This document shows, in pieces, positions 8,700 to 15,787 of a stretch of DNA of 64,000 bases. The stretch is from an uncultured Spirochaetia bacterium (GTDB taxonomy: Bacteria; Spirochaetota; Spirochaetia; CAKZLE01), in contig CAKZLE010000024.1 in NCBI GenBank assembly GCA_937125225.1, positions 113,532-177,531 of the forward strand. Direction: 5' to 3'. Each line of letters starts with the position of its first letter. The first letter of the stretch is position 1. The notes beneath the pieces are model-generated. The model made no database searches. It was not told the DNA's origin and saw only the letters and a program-made list of their open reading frames with translations. The position numbers and the translations under genes are program-made.

Positions 8700-9215
8700 T
8701 CAGGCCTGTTCAACCTCTTCATATTCTAAGTCGATCTTGAATCGCTTGTCATAGAGTTTTATCTCTACAGTCACTCGATGCTTTCGCTTATCAACCTTGA
8801 CGATCGAACCTTCATTCCCCTTAAGAGGTCCGTTGAGTACTTTCACTCGCTTATTGGTATCGAAGACCACCTGTGATTTTCTAGCGACCTCTCCATCGAC
8901 AGTCAAGCTTGAGATGATCATCCTGTCGCCATCACGTAGCGCTATGAGTTCTCCCGTTTCGTTCTTGATGAAACGCCCGAACCCAGGGAGCTTCCTGAGC
9001 ATCTCGCGTGTATTGGGATCAGGATCTTCAGTCTCCCAGAAGATATAACTCGGGAAGACCGGCTTGATCACCTTGAGGAGCTTCCCCTTTCTCTTTATGG
9101 TCAACTCTCGCCGGGGTAGGATGAGCTTGCAGGTTAGATTCGGGAAGTGCTTCACATGTTCTAGATAGAGCTCTTCCTTTCCGGTAAGGACCTGTAATAC
9201 ATAGCAATTTGTCAT
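8700..9215 (-). CDS. NusG-family specialised paralog (NGN plus KOW), UpxY/LoaP-like
   Basis: CYVLQVLTGKEE...VFPSYIFW (NGN domain) and VKVLNGPLKGNEGSIVKVD (KOW domain). I prefer the start at Met44 of the track ORF (ATG 9215), because NusG proteins begin at this motif. The 43-codon upstream extension has no support. Confidence 0.75.
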   Translation of the reverse strand: MTNCYVLQVLTGKEELYLEHVKHFPNLTCKLILPRRELTIKRKGKLLKVIKPVFPSYIFWETEDPDPNTREMLRKLPGFGRFIKNETGELIALRDGDRMIISSLTVDGEVARKSQVVFDTNKRVKVLNGPLKGNEGSIVKVDKRKHRVTVEIKLYDKRFKIDLEYEEVEQA

Positions 9216-9405
9216 AGGAGGGAGTATACCATGAAAGGATGAAAAGGGTGTAGGGATAGGGAATATGAAATTCAGATGTTTAGTAACTCCAGTATGCTGA
9301 TGAGACCCCACGATCAAGACCCTGAAGGAAGTATCCTCCCACACCTTCTAGAATCCCATAAGTGCGAGGCCTGAAATAGCTGATCCGTCTCAGGGACGAC
9401 GACTG

Positions 9406-10320
9406 TTACCGAGAGATTGAGGTCTGCCTTCTTGAGAGGCTGGCGATCAGGATCCCTGATATGATCACTACTAATGAGATCAGATGATAGGAGTGGATCT
9501 CCTCACCGAGGATCAACATAGCATCAGCTGCACTGAAGAGTGGGAGGGTATAATAGATGAGACTCGTCTTCACCGCTCCAATGGAATGGATGGCCTTGTT
9601 CCAGATCAAGAAGGCTATCAAAGAGGCGAAGATCCCCACATACCCCAACGATACAAAGATCTCAGCACTCCAGGTGATGGGAGGGTTTCCCAACCTATCG
9701 GCGATGAAGAAGGGGACTAAGATGATCAGACCGATGATGAAGGTCGCGGTCTGAAAGGTAAGGAATTCCAGATCCTTCGGTTTGAACTTGAGGAGAATAC
9801 TGTAGACTGCGAAAGTTATAGCCGCTAATAACATCCAGAGGTCACCAGCAGAGAAGGATAGGGATCGAAGTACCTCGATATCTCCTTTGGTGATGAGAAA
9901 CACAGAACCTGAGAATACGATCACCATACCAAGGATCTTTCTCTTAGTGATCTTCTCATGGAAGATGAAACGAGAGAGGATCATGATATAGATGGGAAAG
10001 GTGATAGAGATCATCGAGAGATTGATCGCAGTAGTGGTTCTGCCTGCGATATAGATGAGGGTATTGAAAAGAGATACTCCTAGGATCGATACGAGGATCA
10101 TGTAGGGAAGATTTCTCTTGATGATCGCCCGACTCTGCCATACTGATCTCCCGGCAAGCAATACTGAGAAAAGGGCTGCGATACTCCATCGAAAGAAGGC
10201 AAGACTTACCGGTGTGATACTACTACTGAGTCCTCTAGCGATGATGAAGTTCATAGACCAGATAGCTGTTGCTAATAGAGCGAATATATAGCCGGTCAGA
10301 TGTGTTTTCTTTTCTTTCAT
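9406..10320 (-). CDS. DMT superfamily (EamA-like) transporter
   Basis: About 10 hydrophobic helices and a duplicated EamA-like pattern. The ATG at 10320 is preferred over the GTG at 10338. Confidence 0.85.
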   Translation of the reverse strand: MKEKKTHLTGYIFALLATAIWSMNFIIARGLSSSITPVSLAFFRWSIAALFSVLLAGRSVWQSRAIIKRNLPYMILVSILGVSLFNTLIYIAGRTTTAINLSMISITFPIYIMILSRFIFHEKITKRKILGMVIVFSGSVFLITKGDIEVLRSLSFSAGDLWMLLAAITFAVYSILLKFKPKDLEFLTFQTATFIIGLIILVPFFIADRLGNPPITWSAEIFVSLGYVGIFASLIAFLIWNKAIHSIGAVKTSLIYYTLPLFSAADAMLILGEEIHSYHLISLVVIISGILIASLSRRQTSISR

Positions 10321-10534
10321 AGGACCTAGAGTATACACTGTTTACCCCGTTATGTAGTAGTACTTTGAACCTTTGATGAGATAAGCATGTCATCATCACA
10401 AAGAACGGGAAAACAAGGGTTCTCCATCTCCTGAAAGTATCGATCAATACTCTATTCACCTAATCGGGTTATCTACAGGAACAAATTGACAATCACCTCC
10501 TATCACCTCATCATAGATAGATGAGGTGATAACT

Positions 10535-11521
10535 ATGAGAGTCTTCATCATCGGAGCGACCGGTCTTTTAGGGTACCATGCAACGAGAGTATTTCTTGAG
10601 CATGGCCATACTGTTACGACTGTCTCACTTCCACCACTCCCTAAAGCTGATCTTCTTCCAGAAGAGGTCATCTGCACCTTAGCTGATATAAACGATCTTA
10701 GTGATGATCAGCTGAAAGCTCTTCTCCATGGGTTCGAAGTGTTAGTCTATGCAGCAGGTAGGGATGAACGGGTCGTACCGAAGGCACCGGCGTGGGAGTA
10801 CTTCAAACGACATAATGTAGAAGAGTGTTCTAGAGTATTACGTATTGCTAAAGAGGGTGGTTGTAAGAAAGCTGTAGTACTAAACTCCTACTTTGCCTAT
10901 TTCGATCGGTTATGGCCACAATATAGACTATCTGAACGACACCCCTATATAAGATCGAGAGTCAAGCAGGCAGAAGAGGCTCTACGTATAGGGGCAGACT
11001 CCATGGAGGTCATGGTCCTAGAACTTCCCTATATATTCGGAAGTATACCTGGTCGGGTCCCGATCTGGAAGGAGGTGCTCCTCGATCGTTTCTTAGCCTC
11101 AAAACATATCTTCTGCTTCAAGGGGGGCTCTGCCTGTATCACTGCAAGACAGGTCGGTGAGGCGATCGTAGGGGCCTCCGAGCAGGGGCAGGGTGGGATG
11201 AGATATCCTGTAGCAACGGTGAATATGAGTTGGCGAGAGCTTTACCGAAAACTGGCTGATCACCTGGGGTTAGAGGACAAGAAGCTACAGATGGTTCCTA
11301 AATGGGTCTTGAAGCTGGTCCTTCGTGATATAGCTCATAAGGAGAGGTCAGAGGGTTTGGAAGCTGGTGCAGACCATGTGAAGATGGTCGATATCTACTA
11401 TAGGGAGACCTATATAGATACCTCTATAGCGTTTGAGGAGTTGGGAGTCCGACTTGATGATTTTGATAAGGCTCTTAAAGAGACCATCGATGCCTGTTAT
11501 CCTGGAAGGTCTAGAAGGTAA
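10535..11521 (+). CDS. NAD-dependent epimerase/dehydratase family (extended SDR)
   Basis: VFIIGATGLLGYH Rossmann motif. A GAGGTG RBS lies 8 nt before the ATG at 10535. Confidence 0.8.
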   Translation: MRVFIIGATGLLGYHATRVFLEHGHTVTTVSLPPLPKADLLPEEVICTLADINDLSDDQLKALLHGFEVLVYAAGRDERVVPKAPAWEYFKRHNVEECSRVLRIAKEGGCKKAVVLNSYFAYFDRLWPQYRLSERHPYIRSRVKQAEEALRIGADSMEVMVLELPYIFGSIPGRVPIWKEVLLDRFLASKHIFCFKGGSACITARQVGEAIVGASEQGQGGMRYPVATVNMSWRELYRKLADHLGLEDKKLQMVPKWVLKLVLRDIAHKERSEGLEAGADHVKMVDIYYRETYIDTSIAFEELGVRLDDFDKALKETIDACYPGRSRR

Positions 11522-11538
11522 GATGGCCATGAGTTCAA

Positions 11539-12405
11539 CTAGGGAGTGACTCTCGGGAACATAGGATACAATTCTTCAAGGTCTGCAGTCAACACACCGA
11601 ACTCCTCTTCTGATAGTGGCTTGATAGGCTCCTGAGCAAGTTCCACAGCTGTGCTGAATTGAAGGATCTCTCCTGATGGGACGATTGCCGTTATCGGTTG
11701 AGAAAGGGTCCATCGGATTGCTAACTTGATCATCTCAGGATCGAAATGGGGTTCATACCAGCACTTGTTGCCCTCTCTTCGTGCATCTCCTATCTGCCAC
11801 TCCTGTCTTGCCATAGCTTTCAGACCTAACCGTGCGATACCTCTAGCCTCAGCGGCCTGAAGGATCTCCTTACCAAACCCACCTTTGAGGTAACAGGCAT
11901 AGTTGAGAGGGAAAAGGATCGAATCAAAAGGATACCGGTCCATGGCAGCTAAGGCTGCAGCACTCGAGTGGGCTGAGAATCCCAGATACCTGATCTGTCC
12001 CTCTTCTTTCTTCCTGATGAGAAGTTCCATGACACCCCCCTTACTGAAGGCGGCATCAATGTCTTTGTCGGTATGGAAGATCGCATGGAGTTGATAGAGG
12101 TCAAAGTGATCTGTTCTCATACGTTTCAGAGATTGTTTGAACTCGAAAGCAGCTTTATCTGCACTCCTCTCCATCGTCTTACAGGCAAGGAAGCAATCTT
12201 CACGATAGGGCTCAAGAGCTGGTCCCATACGCATCTCTGCCTCCCCATTCCCGTAACTCGGTGCTACATCGAAATAGTTGATACCCTGGTCTACAGCTTC
12301 AGACACGATACGATCAGATTCTCTCTGATCATAACCAAGGAGGAGGACTCCTCCACATCCGATCACTGATAATGAGTCCTGGTCTTTGTAGGTTCGGTAT
12401 TCCAT
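11539..12405 (-). CDS. Aldo/keto reductase
   Basis: GINYFDVAPSYGNGEAE and the overall AKR pattern, 288 aa. Confidence 0.85.
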   Translation of the reverse strand: MEYRTYKDQDSLSVIGCGGVLLLGYDQRESDRIVSEAVDQGINYFDVAPSYGNGEAEMRMGPALEPYREDCFLACKTMERSADKAAFEFKQSLKRMRTDHFDLYQLHAIFHTDKDIDAAFSKGGVMELLIRKKEEGQIRYLGFSAHSSAAALAAMDRYPFDSILFPLNYACYLKGGFGKEILQAAEARGIARLGLKAMARQEWQIGDARREGNKCWYEPHFDPEMIKLAIRWTLSQPITAIVPSGEILQFSTAVELAQEPIKPLSEEEFGVLTADLEELYPMFPRVTP

Positions 12406-12476
12406 ATGAGTCCTCCTAGGATTCTAGTATACCACGAAAGTCAGAGAAGAGGAGGTCTCGAGGTAGGTTTCAAGAT

Positions 12477-14138
12477 CTAGGACTCAGTCAGGCTCTTTCC
12501 CATTCGCCAACGAGAGAAACGTGTCAGGATATAGTTGGTGATCTCGCTTGGATGGTCGAGAACTTGTGAGGTATTTCCTGATCTTATATAAAACTTCTCT
12601 ACAGGGCCTCCACTCTTTGCCTTGAGGGTAGTGAACAGTGGCTGCCGACCACGACGGATCCTGATACGGCAGATCTCCTTATCTGATAGCCTAGGGAAAT
12701 CGATGGTCAAAGCTTTTGAGGTATAGCCTATACCATATTTCGCCCCGAACAGATTTCTCAGATGAATCTCATAATAGTCTTTACCAGGCTGCTTCAAGAC
12801 AGCATAATCCTTCTCGATCCCGAGAATCTTCCCATCATCAGCGACACCAATGAGAAGGGTCCCCCCTTGAGCATTGTTAAAGGCTGCAATCGATTTCACG
12901 ATGACATCCTCGAGATTCTTATTGAACTCATCTTCTCGGTAATCCCATCTCAGAGATGATTTGAACTCGAGGTTCGCAGATTCTCCCTGTGCGATCTCCT
13001 TGGTGAGCATCTCCTCGATACGGTCGACAGAACGGGTGACCTCCCGGAAATCGATTATCAGACGGTATCCGAGGAATATCGATGCACCGAAGATCATGAG
13101 AAGGACTACCTGGAGGGGAATAGAGAACCGGAAAGTCCAGAGAGATTCTGCCGGTACGAGTGTCCCGATCATGAGCGAATCGGTACCGAACCCGATCTGG
13201 TGAAATTCTGTTAGCCATTCGTTCTCAGAAGTCTCGAAACGAAACAGGATCTTATCGGTCTTGGCTTCAGTGATCTTCTGTTCAAGTTGTGCAATGAGTT
13301 CATTTGCACTGTCATCGAGAGGAGTACTCGAGGGTAGGATCTCACCATTGCTCTCTGATAGGGCAAGAAGGTCATCGAGTGGAAGAAACAGGTGATCTTC
13401 ACCTGATGGCATCAGTAGGAAGATAAGCGTCCCTTCAACCGCTCCCCCCTCTTTGAGTCTCTCTGCCATCAGATTGAAGGAGAGGTCTATAGAGAGGTTC
13501 ACCTCTCTATTCCCGTATTGGGAGGAGGGTAGAAGCGTGAGGGTTATTCCCTGTTCTTCAGAAACCGGGAGGGTGTATTCAGAGCTTATGCGAAGACCTG
13601 GTTCTGAGGTTGACTCAAATGAGTTCTCTGTCTGTCCACTATCGTTGGACAGATAACTGATTCCGCTTGATGCTCTTTTAGAGGTGAGAGATCGATCATG
13701 AGTCTCTTCTGTAACATACCAATCAGAGCTGTCCTCATGGGGATAGGTCATGACAAGTTCTTTGTAGTCAGCGTCGGTCAAACTCAGTGAGGAGACCGAA
13801 CCTAACGATCTTATCCTTGTCTGAAGGAGGTCCATGTAGTCTTCAGGATTACCGATCGAGTCGATCTCTCCTATACTGCCCCAGAGGACCGAAGAGAAGA
13901 TGATATCGATCAAAGGATTGAAATAATCATCCACTGATTCGACTGTTCTTGTGGACGCTAGTTCAAAGGCATTCTCATCGAGATCCTGTCTCAGATCAGA
14001 ATACCGGTAGATCCATACAAGTAGAGAGCTCGATACGATGATCAGTAGTAGAGGGAAGAGCCTTAAGAGGAACTGCCTGATCTGTGCAGGTCTTTGTTTA
14101 TTCCATCTGTATCGTGCGGATCGAGTTGTATGTTTCAT
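12477..14138 (-). CDS. Membrane-anchored protein with a 2-TM sensor-like topology and a C-terminal AlbA_2 (Schlafen-like, divergent-AAA) domain
   Basis: TM1 is FLLRLFPLLLIIVSSSLLVWIY. An extracytoplasmic region of about 290 aa follows, then TM2 IPLQVVLLMIFGASIFLGYRLII. The cytoplasmic part has ESANLEFKSSLRWDY...IAAFNNAQGGTLLIGVADDGKILGI, typical of AlbA_2. The start is uncertain: ATG 14138 or TTG 14195. Neither has a clear RBS. Confidence 0.7.
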   Translation of the reverse strand: MKHTTRSARYRWNKQRPAQIRQFLLRLFPLLLIIVSSSLLVWIYRYSDLRQDLDENAFELASTRTVESVDDYFNPLIDIIFSSVLWGSIGEIDSIGNPEDYMDLLQTRIRSLGSVSSLSLTDADYKELVMTYPHEDSSDWYVTEETHDRSLTSKRASSGISYLSNDSGQTENSFESTSEPGLRISSEYTLPVSEEQGITLTLLPSSQYGNREVNLSIDLSFNLMAERLKEGGAVEGTLIFLLMPSGEDHLFLPLDDLLALSESNGEILPSSTPLDDSANELIAQLEQKITEAKTDKILFRFETSENEWLTEFHQIGFGTDSLMIGTLVPAESLWTFRFSIPLQVVLLMIFGASIFLGYRLIIDFREVTRSVDRIEEMLTKEIAQGESANLEFKSSLRWDYREDEFNKNLEDVIVKSIAAFNNAQGGTLLIGVADDGKILGIEKDYAVLKQPGKDYYEIHLRNLFGAKYGIGYTSKALTIDFPRLSDKEICRIRIRRGRQPLFTTLKAKSGGPVEKFYIRSGNTSQVLDHPSEITNYILTRFSRWRMGKSLTES

Positions 14139-14285
14139 AGCGTAAGTATAACTATTATCAGATTCCTTGTCAGCTATTTCGGAGGAGGAAGGCAAGCTAG
14201 GTAAACAGCTACTACAGGGTCGATTCAGTGCATAGTGGCTAAGTCTTTGGCCTCACTCGAAAGCGCTCGAGCAAGAACAATCAGA

Positions 14286-14349
14286 CTCTCAACGAAGGGA
14301 CTTCGTACGGACACCGACTGTTGAGAGTAGTGTAGTCGGTGTCTTTATC
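14286..14349 (+). other. Candidate structured RNA element with interlocking helices
   Basis: CTCTCAAC (14286-14293) can pair with GTTGAGAG (14320-14327). GACACCGACT (14310-14319) can pair with AGTCGGTGTC (14334-14343), followed by TTTATC. There is an inner hairpin CGAAG-GGA-CTTCG. The two long helices interlock, which implies either a pseudoknot or mutually exclusive folds. The region is ORF-free. Confidence 0.2.
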
Positions 14350-14575
14350 ACGCTCCTCCCCATATTTATTAAAAAGATGAAGCTCAGCGGAGTAGGAGAG
14401 GCTAGTTCAGTCCCTGTATCCTACAGGCTATCTTCATCTTCACCTGAGAGTACGTATGAATAATTAGTTAGTTGACTGTGTCAATGATAGATTCGTTAAA
14501 GGGTAGCGACTCTATACATGATAAAGAGGTGCATACTCGGCTTTGACCTCAAAAGTGAGGAGTATATACAGCGAA

Positions 14576-14881
14576 CTATCGCGAATAGGCCTGAATATGG
14601 TCGATACAACCCCTGTTGTATGCCTCATTCACCACATCCCAATCATTCCTACGTGAAAAGAAGAGCGTACAATAGTTGCGTTGTATCTGTGATCCTGAGA
14701 AGAGGTAATATCTGATTCGTTCTATTCCCTCTTTTGAGGTCACGGTACCGAGATAGAGATCGACCGCACGGGTTGTGGGGAGATCAGCAGAGTCGAGAAT
14801 CTCCATGATCTCATCAATAGCGGAGCTATTAGCCTGTAGAGCTTTATTCTTGATCAGATTGAAGAGGCTTACATAGTTCAT
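14576..14881 (-). CDS. Hypothetical small protein translationally coupled to MarR
   Basis: The ATG at 14881 overlaps the MarR TGA stop (ATGA). 101 aa with no recognised domain. Confidence 0.55.
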   Translation of the reverse strand: MNYVSLFNLIKNKALQANSSAIDEIMEILDSADLPTTRAVDLYLGTVTSKEGIERIRYYLFSGSQIQRNYCTLFFSRRNDWDVVNEAYNRGCIDHIQAYSR

Positions 14882-15339
14882 GAGAACCTTCTCAAACACT
14901 TTTCCGCATCAAGGAAATCTAACTTCTCAAGCAATGTGATCAATTGCTCTTTATCGTTGTCAGTAAGCTGTTTGCCCATCTCTAAGATGTGTTTGCTGTA
15001 TTCCGGGTTGATCCTTTCAAGAAGACCTCTTCCTTTTAGAGTCATGCTCAAGTGCTTCATTCTGCCGTCTGAGGTGTTGAGGTGAATCGAGAGCAGTCCG
15101 TCTTTCTCAAGTCTCTCTATCATCCTTGTGATCCCGGGGCGACTCTTCCCGGTGATCTTCGCTATCTCATGAGGACTGATCATCCCATCAGCAGATTCTT
15201 CAATTGCGAGGAGGATCGAAAGCCTAGCCTGGGAAAGACCAAAGGGTTTAAGATATGTTTCTAGATCATTCAAGAGCCACATCCCACTTTGCAGGATCCC
15301 AAATATAGCAGTGAATGTCAGATCATCGAGTTTCTCCAT
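14878..15339 (-). CDS. MarR family transcriptional regulator
   Basis: Winged-helix pattern LSQARLSILLAI...ISPHEIAKITGKSRPGITRMIERLEKDGLL. An AAGGAG RBS lies 7 nt before the ATG at 15339. Confidence 0.85.
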   Translation of the reverse strand: MEKLDDLTFTAIFGILQSGMWLLNDLETYLKPFGLSQARLSILLAIEESADGMISPHEIAKITGKSRPGITRMIERLEKDGLLSIHLNTSDGRMKHLSMTLKGRGLLERINPEYSKHILEMGKQLTDNDKEQLITLLEKLDFLDAEKCLRRFS

Positions 15340-15357
15340 GCATCTACTCCTTATCAT

Positions 15358-15388
15358 ATTATAGTTAACATGTTAATTAATATGTCAA
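15358..15388 (-). promoter_or_regulatory. Putative MarR promoter with a palindromic operator
   Basis: On the minus strand: TTGACA (15388-15383), a 19-nt spacer, then TATAAT (15363-15358). A perfect 12-bp palindrome TTAACATGTTAA (15364-15375) sits in the spacer. ATGTCAA is directly repeated at 15382-15398. Confidence 0.35.
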
Positions 15389-15589
15389 AACATGTCAACC
15401 AAAAGAATAGCTTGATGTTTGGGGAGAGGTGTGAGACCGAGGAGTATGATTCTTAGTGAAGAAGAGAGTCTTTTCTGATATTTCTTGTTCTGTGGTGACA
15501 TTGGTGATAACCTTATATCAATGAGTGTGAATATGTTCTTATCCTTGATCTCGTACAACGTACTAGTCCTATCTTGAAGGAGTGTCGTC

Positions 15590-15760
15590 ATGGGTTTTCT
15601 GGTAATAATGATCTTTCTTATCATAGCAATCATCTTCCTGAGTGTTGCTCTGGTATCTGGAAGTGGTGAGTCAGTTGCTACAGATCAGCACAATGAACCC
15701 TCGAGCCCCTCACAAGAAGAACTCGAAGAGGAGTTCTTCGATGACTTTGAGGACACCTAA
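15590..15760 (+). CDS. Unannotated 56-aa protein: hydrophobic N-terminal helix plus strongly acidic tail
   Basis: Below the 60-aa cutoff of the track. An AAGGAG RBS (15576-15581) lies 8 nt before the ATG. Translation: MGFLVIMIFLIIAIIFLSVALVSGSGESVATDQHNEPSSPSQEELEEEFFDDFEDT. The stop TAA at 15758-15760 is 27 nt before the helicase ATG. Confidence 0.55.
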   Translation: MGFLVIMIFLIIAIIFLSVALVSGSGESVATDQHNEPSSPSQEELEEEFFDDFEDT

Positions 15761-15787
15761 TGATCTACACAGGAAAAGGAATACTAC

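Noticed and set aside
8700-9344. The full 214-aa version of the NusG-like ORF
   Set aside because: The 43 N-terminal codons precede the conserved NGN start and have no family counterpart. The ATG at 9215 is preferred.
14310-14349. The 10-bp hairpin as the terminator of a neighbouring annotated gene
   Set aside because: Its T-tract is on the plus strand, but both neighbouring genes are on the minus strand. The AlbA_2 gene starts to its left, and the MarR operon ends about 230 nt to its right. It cannot terminate either.
14518-14715. A 65-aa plus-strand ORF
   Set aside because: It overlaps the 3' end of the ATGA-coupled 101-aa gene on the opposite strand. It has no RBS and an implausible composition.
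15385-15633. An 82-aa minus-strand ORF in the MarR/helicase intergenic region
   Set aside because: It has no RBS and a low-complexity composition. It also overlaps the start of the plus-strand 56-aa ORF, which has a near-consensus RBS and operon context.
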